A stretch of 64,000 nt of DNA, from positions 2,095 to 66,094 of the forward strand of contig NZ_JASGED010000070.1 of assembly GCF_047606765.1 (NCBI RefSeq). The letters run 5' to 3'. The notes below the pieces were generated by a model. That model made no database searches. It saw only the letters and a list, made by a program, of their open reading frames with translations, and was not told where the DNA came from. A program made the position numbers and the translations under genes. Source of the stretch: Thermomonas sp. GTDB lineage: Bacteria > Pseudomonadota > Gammaproteobacteria > Xanthomonadales > Xanthomonadaceae. Below, piece after piece: positions 1 through 9,678 of the stretch (position 1 is its first letter; every line of letters begins with the position of its first letter).

Positions 1-73
1 GCGAGGGAACCAAGCATTATACACCGGAGCGCCGCCTCCTTGCCGGGCGATGCCGTCGGGAAGCGGGGCGACC

Positions 74-514
74 TCAGGCCTTCAGCAGGAAGGTCACCGG
101 CCCGTCATTGACCAGGCTGACGACCATATGGGCACCGAAACGCCCGGTTTCCACCCCCGGCGGGTGCAGGTCCCGACAAATGGCGGCCAGCCGGTCGAAG
201 CCGCGTTCAGCCTCGGCGGGCGGGGCGGCGGTGGTGAAGCTGGGGCGCATGCCGCTGCGGGTGTCTGCGGCCAGCGTGAACTGGCTGACCAGCAGCAATC
301 CGCCGCCGATCTCCGCCAAAGAGCGGTTCATCTTGCCGGCATCGTCGCCGAAAATGCGATAGCCCAGCAGGCGCTGCGCGATCCGCTGGAACTGCGGTTC
401 GGCATCGCCCGGCTCCACCGCCACCAGCGCCAGCAGGCCGGGGCCGATGGCACCGGTCACGGCATCATCGACGGTGACTTTCGCTTCGGAAACGCGCTGG
501 ATCAGGGCAAGCAT
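74..514 (-). CDS. dtd: D-aminoacyl-tRNA deacylase
   Basis: ORF 74..571(-). From the internal Met ([17 protein letters not shown]...[13 protein letters not shown]...[13 protein letters not shown]) it reads as a full-length Dtd. CAT at 512..514 confirms the start. The 19 upstream codons are probably read-through. Confidence 0.9.
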   Translation of the reverse strand: MLALIQRVSEAKVTVDDAVTGAIGPGLLALVAVEPGDAEPQFQRIAQRLLGYRIFGDDAGKMNRSLAEIGGGLLLVSQFTLAADTRSGMRPSFTTAAPPAEAERGFDRLAAICRDLHPPGVETGRFGAHMVVSLVNDGPVTFLLKA

Positions 515-560
515 GCCGCATTGTAGATGCCGAGCTTGCCCGGCATGGTCCGGGCGACCT

Positions 561-585
561 GAGCGGAGCAAGCTCCGCTCCTACA
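561..585. repeat. REP family 2 unit (GAGCGGAGCAAGCTCCGCTCCTACA palindrome)
   Basis: Perfect GGAGCAAGCTCC-centred palindrome followed by CCTAC. It lies between the divergent dtd and acyltransferase starts. Related copies occur at 31687..31758 and 37611..37670. Confidence 0.7.
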
Positions 586-593
586 ATGGCGGG

Positions 594-1514
594 ATGACCG
601 AAATCGTCGCCGCCCTGCTTTACGCCCTTGCCTGGGCCATTGGTCGCCTGCCCTGGCCGCTGCTGCGCGCACTGGCGGACGGCATGGCACGGCTGTGGAT
701 CACGCTGGATGCGCGCGAGGCCAAGGTGGTCCGGCGCAATCTGGCGCTGGTGCGGCCCGAAATGGACATCGCCGCGCGCGAGGCGCTGCTGGCGGACATC
801 CTGCGCACCACCACGCGGCAGGCGTTCGAGACGCTGCGGCTATGGACGCGCCCTGCCTCGCGCAATCTTGCGAGCATCACCGAAATCCACGGCGAGGCCT
901 TGTTCGATGCCGCGCTGAACGATGCACGCGGCTTGATCGTGGCCGCGCCGCACATGGGCAACTGGGAACTGCTGAACCAGTGGCTGGCGAAAAAAACGCC
1001 ACTGGCAATTCTCTATCGCCCGCCGGAATCCGCCATCGGCGAAGCCTTCCTGCGCCGCGTGCGTGCCAATGCCGGCGGCGACGTGGAGCAGGTACGCGCC
1101 GAAGCCGCAGGCGTTCGCACCCTGCTGAAGCGCCTGCAGAAAGGCGGCGTGGTCGGCATCCTGCCCGACCAGCAACCGAAGGTTGGCGAAGGCGAGTTCG
1201 CGCCATTCTTCGGCGTGCAGGCGCTGACCATGACCCTGCTGGGCCGGCTGGCGAACCGCAGCGGTGCGCAGGTGCTGCTGTGCTGGTGCCAGCGCATTCC
1301 CGGCAGCTCGCCGCCGCGCTTCGCCCTGCACATCGAGGCCGCGCCGGAAGGCATCGCCGATGCCGATCCGCAATGCGGCGTGGCGGCGCTGAATGCCGGT
1401 GTCGAGGCCGTGGCCAGCCGCGACTTCGCCCAGTATCAATGGACGTACAAACGCTACGGCGCGCGGCCACCGGAAAGCGGTGAACTCAGCCCCTATCACG
1501 ACATGTATCGCTGA
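594..1514 (+). CDS. Lipid A late (lauroyl/myristoyl) acyltransferase, LpxL/HtrB family
   Basis: ORF 447..1514(+). ATG at 594 (MTEIVAALLYALAW...). The sequence AAPHMGNWELL fits the HX4(D/E) acyltransferase motif, and length and hydrophobic N-terminus are typical of LpxL/LpxM. Confidence 0.8.
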   Translation: MTEIVAALLYALAWAIGRLPWPLLRALADGMARLWITLDAREAKVVRRNLALVRPEMDIAAREALLADILRTTTRQAFETLRLWTRPASRNLASITEIHGEALFDAALNDARGLIVAAPHMGNWELLNQWLAKKTPLAILYRPPESAIGEAFLRRVRANAGGDVEQVRAEAAGVRTLLKRLQKGGVVGILPDQQPKVGEGEFAPFFGVQALTMTLLGRLANRSGAQVLLCWCQRIPGSSPPRFALHIEAAPEGIADADPQCGVAALNAGVEAVASRDFAQYQWTYKRYGARPPESGELSPYHDMYR

Positions 1515-1543
1515 TACGCAGCAGCGAACTCAGCCCTGGCCGG

Positions 1544-2683
1544 CTATCCCGCAAGCTCCAGGAACAACGCCTCGTAACGGCGATTCATCAACTCGCGTCC
1601 ATGCCGTTCCAATGCGGCCTTGCGTGCGTTCGCGGCCATGCGTGCGGCATCTTCCGGATTGCGCAACAGGCGCTCCAGCGCATCGGCCAATGCAGCCGGA
1701 TCTGCTTGCGCCACCAGCAGGCCATCCACTTCGTTTTCCAGCACTTCGCGCACACCGGGCACGGCACTGCCGACCACCACGCAACCGGCGGCCATGCCTT
1801 CCAGCAGCGCCAGCGGCATGCCTTCGTAATGCGTGCTCAACACGCAGACCTGATGCGTCATCAACCGCTGCGGCACATCGCGCACCACGCCAAGGAACTG
1901 CACCTGTTCGGCGATGCCAAGTTCCGCCGCCAGTTTTTCCAGCGGCCTGCGATGCAAGGCCTTGCCACCACCGGCGAACTGCAGCGGCGGATGCAGGCCG
2001 CGTTCGCGCAGCAGCGCCACTGCGCGCAACAAGCTGGCGTGGTCTTTCTGCTTGGAGAAACGCGCCACCATCACGATGCCGGGAATGCGCGCCGCAAATG
2101 GCTGCGCATCGGCATCGGCAAAAGGCTCCAGCCGGATGCCGTTGGGAATGGCGATGGTGCGCTCCGCCGGCATTCCCATCGCCAGCAGCGCATGACGCAC
2201 GCCCTCCGAACAACCCACGATGCGATCCGTGCGCTTCGCCAGCCAGCGCGCCTGCGCCAACCGCCAGCGGGTATAGCGCTCGCGGGTGTTGTGTTCGACG
2301 TGGACCAGATGCGGCACCTTCGCCAGCAGCCCGGCGTAGCGGCCCCACAGGTGTTCGGAAAAACCGTGTGCGACCAGCACGTCGGGCTGGAACTCGCGGC
2401 AGATTTTCACCAGCGCAATGATGCTGGCCGCATGCGACCAGCCCGGCACCACCCGCAGCGGCACGCCGGCCTGTTCCAGTTCGGCGATGCGCCCCGGCGG
2501 CGTGCGGCGCTTGTGGCGCAGCACCAGCAACGGTTCGATGGTGGCACTGTCGCGCGCGGCATTCACTAGCTGCACCGCCACCTGCGTCGCGCCGCCGGAG
2601 AAACCGCCGGTGACGAAATGCAGGACGCGCACGGGGCGTGCAGGAAAGGGGTGGCTGGACGGCGTTTCCGAAACAGGAGGCAT
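1544..2683 (-). CDS. Glycosyltransferase family 4 (GT-B, group 1)
   Basis: 379 aa ORF. N-terminus VRVLHFVTGGFSGGATQVAV; C-terminal half has the EGMPLALLEGMAAG (E-x7-E type) motif typical of GT4 enzymes. Confidence 0.85.
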   Translation of the reverse strand: MPPVSETPSSHPFPARPVRVLHFVTGGFSGGATQVAVQLVNAARDSATIEPLLVLRHKRRTPPGRIAELEQAGVPLRVVPGWSHAASIIALVKICREFQPDVLVAHGFSEHLWGRYAGLLAKVPHLVHVEHNTRERYTRWRLAQARWLAKRTDRIVGCSEGVRHALLAMGMPAERTIAIPNGIRLEPFADADAQPFAARIPGIVMVARFSKQKDHASLLRAVALLRERGLHPPLQFAGGGKALHRRPLEKLAAELGIAEQVQFLGVVRDVPQRLMTHQVCVLSTHYEGMPLALLEGMAAGCVVVGSAVPGVREVLENEVDGLLVAQADPAALADALERLLRNPEDAARMAANARKAALERHGRELMNRRYEALFLELAG

Positions 2684-2752
2684 GAGCCATTATGGCCGCA
2701 CGCGCCTTCAGGCCGATCCTCCCTCGCCGCAACGTCCACGCACCAGCACACC

Positions 2753-3562
2753 ATGACCGCATCGGCACCGACCGCGATCGTCGCAATTCCCATCCACACC
2801 ACCTGCCTGTCGGCGGATGGCCGGATGGCATTGATGCGCGCCGTGCGCGTGCTGGGCCGGCACCCGATGGCGATCCTGTGCCCGGAAGGTCTTGATCTTG
2901 CCCCGCTGCAACCGTTGTTTGGTGCCATCCAGCCACGGGTGGAACGCTTCGACCCGGCGTTCTTTGACGGCATCGCCGGCTATAACCGGTTGATGCTGTC
3001 GGAAGTGCTCTACGAACGCTTCATCCACTACGACTATCTGCTGGTCTGCCAGACGGATGCCTACGTGTTTTCCGACCAGTTGCAGGCATGGTGCGCGCGT
3101 GGCTACGACTGGATCGGTGCGCCCTGGATCGGCTCGCCCCGCAATGTCTGGTCACGGGCACAACTACGCATCAGGAACCTGTTCCGGCGCAGGAAGAAAT
3201 ACGACGACTATCTGTTCAAGGTTGGCAATGGCGGATTCTCGCTGCGCCGCGTCGCCACTTTCCTGCGGATCGTGCGCGAACAACGCGATGACATCGCCCA
3301 TCGTCTGGCGCATCCCGATGACCGCGATCTGCATGTGGAAGACCGATACTTTTCGCAGATCGCCCCGGCCCTGTATCCGGACATGCGCATCCCGTCCTAC
3401 GAGGAGGCCGTGGCGTTTTGCATGGATCGGCGTCCGCACCTGGCCATGGCCATGAACGGCGGACGCCTGCCCTTCGCCTGCCATGGATTCGACAAGCGCA
3501 ATGTTCGCGCATTCTGGGAGCCGATCCTGCAACGCAGCCAGCAGGAACCTGCCGCCGCCTGA
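2753..3562 (+). CDS. Hypothetical protein, DUF5672-like (putative LPS-related transferase)
   Basis: ORF 2618..3562(+). ATG at 2753. The YDYLLVCQTDAYVF...YDWIGAPW segment resembles what I recall of DUF5672 proteins found in LPS core clusters. Family assignment is from memory only. Confidence 0.55.
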   Translation: MTASAPTAIVAIPIHTTCLSADGRMALMRAVRVLGRHPMAILCPEGLDLAPLQPLFGAIQPRVERFDPAFFDGIAGYNRLMLSEVLYERFIHYDYLLVCQTDAYVFSDQLQAWCARGYDWIGAPWIGSPRNVWSRAQLRIRNLFRRRKKYDDYLFKVGNGGFSLRRVATFLRIVREQRDDIAHRLAHPDDRDLHVEDRYFSQIAPALYPDMRIPSYEEAVAFCMDRRPHLAMAMNGGRLPFACHGFDKRNVRAFWEPILQRSQQEPAAA

Positions 3563-3571
3563 AGCGGTGTT

Positions 3572-4861
3572 TCACGGCCGCGAAGCTTTCCTCAGCTTCG
3601 CGCAGAAAAACCCATCCATCCCACCTTCACCCGGCAGGCGCTGGTAACCGAAGCCGGCATTGATGCCGAAGCTGTCGCCCAACGGTTCCAGCGTTGCATC
3701 CGCAGTGCGGGCAAGGAAGGCTGCAACCTGCGCTGCATTTTCCGCATGCAGGATCGAGCAGGTGGCATAGACCAGCGTGCCGCCGGGCGTGAGCAGCGGC
3801 CACAGCGCGTCGAGCAGCTTTGACTGGGTGGCGATGAGGGCATCGATATCGGCCTGCCGCCTGTGCAGCAGCACGTCGGGCTGGCGGCGCACGATGCCGG
3901 TGGCGCTGCACGGGGCGTCGATCAGGATCGCATCAAACGGCGTGCCGTCCCACCACATCGCCGGTTGCGCGGCATCGGCAGCGCGTGTGTCGATGCTCAA
4001 CTGCAATCGTGCGAAAGCATCCTGCATGCGGCGCACGCGGCGTGCATCCACATCCAGCGCGAGGATGCGCAGCGCCGGATCGCGTTCGGCCAGATGCGCG
4101 GCCTTGCCGCCAGGGGCGGCGCAGGCGTCGAGGACGCGAGCCTGCGACGATGGCGAAAGCGCATCGGCCACCGCCTGCGCGGCGCCGTCCTGCACCGAGA
4201 CCGCACCGGCATCGAAACCCGGCAACTGCTGCACCGGCAGCGTAGATTGCAGCCGAATCGCATCGGGCAGGGTTTCGTCGGCAGTGGCGTTGATGCCGGC
4301 ATCGCGCAGCAGCGCCAGATACGCATCACGCGGCTGCACGCGGCGATTCACCCGCAGCCACATCGGCGCTTCCTGCGCACTGGCAGCAAAAATGGCATCG
4401 GCCTGCTGCGGCCAGTCGGCACGCACCTGCGCGGCCAGCCATGCGGGCCAGCCGGCATCAAACTGCGCTTCGGGCAAGCCTTCGCGCTGCGCGCGGCGCA
4501 ACAGCGCATTCACCAGTCCGGCCTGATGCGCGCGGCCCATGGCACGCGCCGCTTCCACGGTGGCGTCCAGTGCGGCGTGCGCGGGCAGGCCCATCTCCAG
4601 TTGCGCGAAGCCGGCCAGCAGCAACGCACGCAATTCGCGGTCACGCGCGACCAGCGGCTTCTGCAGCCATGCGGCCAGCGCGGCGTCGAAGCGGGCGTGC
4701 TGACGCAGCGCGGTCATCGCCACTGCTTCCGCCAGCGCGCGGTCGCGCACATCCGGCAATGTCGGCAAGGCCTGCGCCAGCGCCGCCTTCAGCGAACGGC
4801 CGCGATGCAGTACATCGTCAAGAACATGCGTGGCAGCGATCCGCGCGGCGACGCCGGGCAT
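3572..4861 (-). CDS. rsmB: 16S rRNA (cytosine967-C5)-methyltransferase
   Basis: ORF 3572..4930(-). It has a NusB-like N-terminal half and a C-terminal SAM methyltransferase with DACAAPGGK and [11 protein letters not shown] motifs. Start placed at [14 protein letters not shown] (CAT 4859..4861) because the upstream 23 codons are encoded by a REP element. Confidence 0.9.
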   Translation of the reverse strand: MPGVAARIAATHVLDDVLHRGRSLKAALAQALPTLPDVRDRALAEAVAMTALRQHARFDAALAAWLQKPLVARDRELRALLLAGFAQLEMGLPAHAALDATVEAARAMGRAHQAGLVNALLRRAQREGLPEAQFDAGWPAWLAAQVRADWPQQADAIFAASAQEAPMWLRVNRRVQPRDAYLALLRDAGINATADETLPDAIRLQSTLPVQQLPGFDAGAVSVQDGAAQAVADALSPSSQARVLDACAAPGGKAAHLAERDPALRILALDVDARRVRRMQDAFARLQLSIDTRAADAAQPAMWWDGTPFDAILIDAPCSATGIVRRQPDVLLHRRQADIDALIATQSKLLDALWPLLTPGGTLVYATCSILHAENAAQVAAFLARTADATLEPLGDSFGINAGFGYQRLPGEGGMDGFFCAKLRKASRP

Positions 4862-4884
4862 TGCGTTCACCGCCAACTCCCAAC

Positions 4885-4986
4885 CATCATCCCGGCGGAA
4901 GCCGGGATCCAGTTCTTGTTTTTCCGACAAACCGTAAGGCCGAGAGCCGTTGCAAAGGCTGGATCCCGGCTTTCGCCGGGATGACG
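4885..4986. repeat. REP family 1 element, copy a (nested inverted repeat, MITE-like)
   Basis: Left arm CATCATCCCGGCGGAAGCCGGGATCCAG (4885..4912) and right arm CTGGATCCCGGCTTTCGCCGGGATGACG (4959..4986) are reverse complements. Each arm is itself a hairpin. Spacer about 46 bp. Confidence 0.85.
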
Positions 4987-5029
4987 AGCAAAAGCGAGAT
5001 GACGCACAAAGGAAAGGGTAGGCACCCGG

Positions 5030-5950
5030 CTATGCCCCCAACAAATCACGCCGCGCGTTGAGGTAATCCTGCGCGCTGACCGGCTTGCCGCCTTCGCGCT
5101 GCAGGCTGCGGATGCGCAGCGCGCCGATGCCGCAGGCGATGTCGATGCCTTCGCGGGATGCCCGCAGCACGCTGCCGGGCGCGGCGGTGTGTGCCTCGTC
5201 CAGCGCGCTGGCGGCGTGGATGCGCACGCGCTCGCCGGCCAGTTGTGCTTCCGCCACCGGCCACGGGTTGAACGCGCGCACCTTGTTGACAAGCCGCGTG
5301 GCCGGCTGCGACCAGTCCAGCTTGGCCTCGGCCTTGTCCAGCTTGTGCGCGTAGGTCACGCCATCAACCGCTTGCGGCTGTGCCGGCAACTGGATCGTCG
5401 CGCGCAGCAGGCCCAGCGCATCGCCCAGCACCTGCGCGCCCAGTTCGGCCAGTCGATCATGCAACTGACCGCCGGTTTCCTCCGCGCCGATGTCGATGGC
5501 CTGCGCCAGCAGCACCGGGCCGGTGTCCAGCCCCTTCTCCATCTGCATCAAGCAGACGCCGGTCTGGGTGTCACCCGCTTCGATGGCGCGCTGGATCGGC
5601 GCGGCGCCGCGCCAGCGCGGCAGCAGCGAGGCGTGCACGTTCCAGCAGCCGTGTTCGGGAATGTCCAGCACCGACTGCGGCAGGATCAGGCCGTAGGCCA
5701 CCACCACCATCAGGTCGGGTTCCAGCGCGCGCAGGGTGGCTCTGGATTCCGCCGAGCGGAAACTCTCCGGCTGATGGACCGGGATGCCGCGCTTGACCGC
5801 CTCCAGCTTTACCGGCGAAGGCGTCAGCCCGCGTCCGCGCCCGGCGGGGCGATCCGGCTGGGTGTAGACGGCCACGACGTCGGCCTTGTTGGCGGCGGCG
5901 CGCAGGCAGGGCACGGCGAACTCCGGCGTGCCGGCAAAGACGATACGCAT
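5030..5950 (-). CDS. fmt: Methionyl-tRNA formyltransferase
   Basis: 306 aa, [16 protein letters not shown]...[18 protein letters not shown]. Classic Fmt motifs, immediately downstream of def. Confidence 0.95.
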   Translation of the reverse strand: MRIVFAGTPEFAVPCLRAAANKADVVAVYTQPDRPAGRGRGLTPSPVKLEAVKRGIPVHQPESFRSAESRATLRALEPDLMVVVAYGLILPQSVLDIPEHGCWNVHASLLPRWRGAAPIQRAIEAGDTQTGVCLMQMEKGLDTGPVLLAQAIDIGAEETGGQLHDRLAELGAQVLGDALGLLRATIQLPAQPQAVDGVTYAHKLDKAEAKLDWSQPATRLVNKVRAFNPWPVAEAQLAGERVRIHAASALDEAHTAAPGSVLRASREGIDIACGIGALRIRSLQREGGKPVSAQDYLNARRDLLGA

Positions 5951-5954
5951 GCGG

Positions 5955-6467
5955 TCAGGCTGCGTGCTTGCGCGCCTTCGCCAGCTTCTTGCGCACCATC
6001 TCCCGCTTCAGCGGGCTGAGGTAGTCAACAAACAGCTTGCCGATCAGATGATCCATCTCGTGCTGAATGCAGACCGCCAGCAGGCCGTCGGTGGTCAGCT
6101 CCTGCGGCTGGCCCTGGCGGTCGAGGAAGCGCACGGTGATGGTGTCGGCGCGGGTCACGTCGGCGTAGATGCCGGGCACCGACAGGCAGCCTTCCTGATA
6201 GACCTGCCCGCCCTCGCTGGACACGATCTGCGGGTTCACGAACACCATGGGCCGGCTGCGATCCTCGCTGACGTCGATGACCATGAAGCGCTTGTGCATG
6301 TCCACCTGACTGGCCGCAAGGCCGATGCCGGGGGCTTCGTACATGGTCTGGAACATGTCGTCCAGCAGGGTCTGGAAGGCCGGCGTGGACAATTCCGCAG
6401 GATCGACATCGACCGCCTTGGTACGCAGGCGCGGATCGGGGAATTCGAGGATCGGGAGCAGGGCCAT
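5955..6467 (-). CDS. def: Peptide deformylase
   Basis: The C-terminal 170 codons of ORF 5955..8510(-) read [15 protein letters not shown]...GIGLAASQV...EGCLSVPG...HEMDHL, which are the three PDF motifs. CAT at 6465..6467. The rest of the 851-aa ORF is antisense read-through. Confidence 0.95.
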   Translation of the reverse strand: MALLPILEFPDPRLRTKAVDVDPAELSTPAFQTLLDDMFQTMYEAPGIGLAASQVDMHKRFMVIDVSEDRSRPMVFVNPQIVSSEGGQVYQEGCLSVPGIYADVTRADTITVRFLDRQGQPQELTTDGLLAVCIQHEMDHLIGKLFVDYLSPLKREMVRKKLAKARKHAA

Positions 6468-6623
6468 GGGGCAAATCCGGGCTTCTGTGGAAGCAATGTC
6501 GGGAAACAGGTCGCATTCTAGCGCTCCCAACCCCAACAACCGCTTGCCAGATGCCTTGGATTGTGGGCTATAGTGATCCGGTTCCAGGGGGTTTTTTGCA
6601 ACGGCAGCGGGGAGATAGCCGCC

Positions 6624-7796
6624 ATGTTTGATCGCAATTCTGAAACCAGGCCGCGTGGGCTGCGCACCATGCTTGCAGCCGCACTGCTGACGGTCGCGAC
6701 CTATGCCGCCGCCGTCGAGCTGCGCAGCGACCATCCCGATACCTATGTGGTGAAGCGTGGCGACACCCTGTGGGACATCTCCGCGCGCTTCCTGAAGAAG
6801 CCGTGGCTGTGGCCGGAAATCTGGCAAGCCAACCCGCAGGTCAAGAACCCGCACCTGATCTATCCAGGCGACGTGCTCAGCCTGGCCTACCTCAACCGCG
6901 TCACCGTGCAGCCCGGTGCGCGCGTGGAAAGCCCGCTGACCGGCGTGCCGCTGTCCGAGGTCGAGCCCTTCCTCAAGGATTTGCGCGTCACCGACAGCAT
7001 CGACCAGCTGCCCTACGTGGTTGGCCTTGAAGACAACCGCCTGCGCGGCACGCGCGGGCAGGTGGCCTATGTGCGCGGGCTGGACGGCATTCCCGCCGGC
7101 CAGCGCTACCTGATCGTGCGCCCGGAGAAGCGCTATCGCTTCATCGAACGCGCCGGCCTGTGCTGTGACCTGTTCCAGTCCCGCCACCTGGACGCGCGTG
7201 GTCGCCCGCGCCTGGACACCACTTCGCCCTGGACCACCGTGGTGTTCCCCAGCAAGCACACCGAGTTCCTCGGCTACGAGCTGATGACCCAGTCCACCGG
7301 CACCGTGACCCGTGGCGAAGTGGGCGGCATTCAGGCGTCCACCGTGCTGATCGACGAGGAAGGCCGTGAGGTGCGCGTGGGCGACCGCCTGATCCCGGTC
7401 GAAGCGCAGCCCTACGACCTGCAGTTCTTCCCGCATCCGCCCAAGCAGCAGCAGGACTACGGTCGCCTGACCGTGCTGTCGGTGGCCGATGGCTACCGGT
7501 CGGGCGGCAGCCGTGACGTGATCGCCATTTCCGGCGGCGCGCGCGAGGGCATCGACAACGGCACCGTGTTCTCGCTGTGGCGTCGTGGCGATTCCGTCAC
7601 CGACAAGGTCAAGAGCGGGCTGGATCGCGATGAAGAGCTGACCCTGTTCGAGAACAAGGTACGCCTGCCTGACGAGTTCGCCGGCCATGCCATGGTCTTC
7701 CGCACCTTCAACAACGTCAGCTACGCGCTGGTGATGAGCAGCGTGAAGCCAACCCAGGTCGGCTACGAACTGAAGCACCCGGACGCCCCGTACTGA
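6624..7796 (+). CDS. LysM peptidoglycan-binding domain protein (secreted)
   Basis: ORF 6561..7796(+). ATG at 6624 preceded by GGGGAG. Signal-like [18 protein letters not shown], then Lys[32 protein letters not shown]...IYPGDVLSL. Confidence 0.85.
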   Translation: MFDRNSETRPRGLRTMLAAALLTVATYAAAVELRSDHPDTYVVKRGDTLWDISARFLKKPWLWPEIWQANPQVKNPHLIYPGDVLSLAYLNRVTVQPGARVESPLTGVPLSEVEPFLKDLRVTDSIDQLPYVVGLEDNRLRGTRGQVAYVRGLDGIPAGQRYLIVRPEKRYRFIERAGLCCDLFQSRHLDARGRPRLDTTSPWTTVVFPSKHTEFLGYELMTQSTGTVTRGEVGGIQASTVLIDEEGREVRVGDRLIPVEAQPYDLQFFPHPPKQQQDYGRLTVLSVADGYRSGGSRDVIAISGGAREGIDNGTVFSLWRRGDSVTDKVKSGLDRDEELTLFENKVRLPDEFAGHAMVFRTFNNVSYALVMSSVKPTQVGYELKHPDAPY

Positions 7797-7877
7797 CACC
7801 GCAACGCGGGGTTTTCCTACCAGACATGACAACGGCGCCCGAGGGTGCCGTTGTCGTTTGTGGACGATGCTGGCGGC

Positions 7878-9008
7878 ATGCCTGCCCATGCCGAATCCGA
7901 AGCCCTGCTGCGCCTGCTGCAAAGTGGCGCGCCCGCGTCCGCCCTGCGCCGCCTGCTGGACAGCCATGGCACTGCCTGTGCTGCACTCGCCGCCGGCAGC
8001 CGCGACTGGGCCAGCCACGGGCTGCGAGCCACCTGCCACGCCGCCATCCGCAACCCCGAGCCACAGCAGCTGGCGCACGCCATGCGCTGGCTGGACGATC
8101 CCGCCCACCACCTGCTGGGCTGGCGCGATGCGGCCTATCCGCCGTTGCTGCAACGGATCCCTACGCCCCCGGCGATGCTGTTCGTGGCCGGTGACCCGGC
8201 CCTGCTCTGGTTGCCGGCCGTGGCGATTGTCGGCAGCCGCGCCGCAACCGCCGGCGGCTGCGCCAATGCCGCGCAGTTTGCGACCGCACTGGCGAAAGCC
8301 AACCTGTGCATCACCAGCGGGATGGCTGCCGGCATCGACGCCGCTGCCCACACCGCCGCACTGGACGCAGGCGGCGTCACCGTGGCCGTACTCGGCACCG
8401 GCCCGGACATCGCCTACCCGTCTCGCCATCGCCCATTGCGGGATCGCATTGCAGCCCATGGTGCGGTCGTCAGCGAGCATCCGCCCGGCACCGGCCCGCT
8501 GCGCCAGCACTTCCCCAGCCGCAACCGCATCCTGGCCGGCTTGAGCCTGGGCACGGTGGTGATCGAGGCAGCCGAGCAGTCAGGCGCGCTCATCAGCGCG
8601 CGGCTGGCCGCCGAAGCCGGGCGCGAGGTATTCGCCCTGCCCGGCTCGATCCACAACCCGATGGCGCGCGGCTGCCATCGGCTGATCCGCGAAGGCGCGC
8701 AATTGGTCGCCTCGCCCGATGAAGTGCTGGAGGTGCTGGCCCCTCTCGCTGCCGATCTTGCGCACGCCCTGCGCGGCAGTCTTGAGGCCTCCTGCGGGGC
8801 CGCTCAAACCACCCTGCCGGAGCCTTCACTGGGTGATGCCGCCTACAACCTGTTGTGGCAGGCACTGGGCCACGACCCAACCGGTATGGATGCACTGGTC
8901 GAGCGCACCGGATTGACGACCGCCGAGGTGTCCTCCATGCTGCTGGCGCTGGAACTCAATGGGCGGATCGCGGCGGAACATGGCCGCTATGCCCGGATCG
9001 GGCGCTGA
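7878..9008 (+). CDS. dprA: DNA-processing protein A (Smf)
   Basis: ORF 7845..9008(+), whose 7845 start is GTG. Core AIVGSR...[14 protein letters not shown]...[12 protein letters not shown]...[16 protein letters not shown] matches DprA. ATG at 7878 chosen; 7845 is also possible. Confidence 0.9.
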   Translation: MPAHAESEALLRLLQSGAPASALRRLLDSHGTACAALAAGSRDWASHGLRATCHAAIRNPEPQQLAHAMRWLDDPAHHLLGWRDAAYPPLLQRIPTPPAMLFVAGDPALLWLPAVAIVGSRAATAGGCANAAQFATALAKANLCITSGMAAGIDAAAHTAALDAGGVTVAVLGTGPDIAYPSRHRPLRDRIAAHGAVVSEHPPGTGPLRQHFPSRNRILAGLSLGTVVIEAAEQSGALISARLAAEAGREVFALPGSIHNPMARGCHRLIREGAQLVASPDEVLEVLAPLAADLAHALRGSLEASCGAAQTTLPEPSLGDAAYNLLWQALGHDPTGMDALVERTGLTTAEVSSMLLALELNGRIAAEHGRYARIGR

Positions 9009-9046
9009 GCGCCATCCATCGCGCCGCCGGGCGCAGGCAGGGGGAC

Positions 9047-9535
9047 ATGAAAGAAAGCATTTTGGACGTCCTGCTGTACCTGTTCGAGCACTACTTCACC
9101 AACGACGCCATCGTCTCCGGCGACGACCTCATCGCGCACGACGGCCCGTTGATGGGCGAACTGGTCGAAGCCGGGTTCACCCCCGCCGAGATCCGGCGCG
9201 CCTTCGACTGGCTGGACACCCTGGCCCGGCTGCGTCCCAGCCCCGGCCAGCCGCGCGCAAACGGCCCCACCCGGGTCTTCCACGGGGCCGAGCTGGACAA
9301 GCTGGATACCGAATCGCGCGGCTTTTTGCTGTTCCTGGAACAGCACGGCATCCTCGACGCCGACCAGCGCGAGCTGGTGCTGGACCGGGCGATGGCGCTG
9401 GATCAGGACGAACTGGAACTGGACGACCTGAAATGGGTGGTGCTGATGGTGCTGTTCAACCAGCCCGGGGCAGAAGCCGCCTACGCCTGGATGGAAACCC
9501 AGATGTTCCTGGACGAGCCGGAACCGGTGCATTGA
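9047..9535 (+). CDS. smg: Smg protein (DUF494)
   Basis: ATG at 9047 in the frame of ORF 8855..9535. [17 protein letters not shown]...; conserved dprA-smg-topA order. Confidence 0.85.
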   Translation: MKESILDVLLYLFEHYFTNDAIVSGDDLIAHDGPLMGELVEAGFTPAEIRRAFDWLDTLARLRPSPGQPRANGPTRVFHGAELDKLDTESRGFLLFLEQHGILDADQRELVLDRAMALDQDELELDDLKWVVLMVLFNQPGAEAAYAWMETQMFLDEPEPVH

Positions 9536-9678
9536 GGTCCACTTCCGGGCGATTTTGCTTGACAGCCAGCCCCTGCCCGTGATTCCACTATAAAAAGACG
9601 CCCGGGGCAGCCGCTCCGGGCGTTGGCTTCTGCGGCGTCCCCGCAACGCCGCCCCGCCGCCCACCGGAATCGCGCCAC

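Noticed and set aside
4862-4930. N-terminal extension of rsmB ([23 protein letters not shown])
   Set aside because: These codons are the translation of the REP family 1 right arm. RsmB homology begins at the Met at 4861.
6468-8510. The upstream 680 codons of the 851-aa ORF 5955..8510(-), which would make a giant Def fusion protein
   Set aside because: Only the last 170 codons are peptide deformylase. The remainder is antisense to the well-supported lysM and dprA genes and has an Arg/Ala/Gly-rich, low-complexity composition typical of stop-free antisense frames in very GC-rich DNA.
9559-9594. TTGACA ... TATAAA upstream of topA as a sigma-70 promoter
   Set aside because: The two hexamers are 24 bp apart by my count, far from the 16-18 bp optimum. 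A GC hairpin (about 9597..9624) follows, but I cannot assign it a function, so no promoter is reported.
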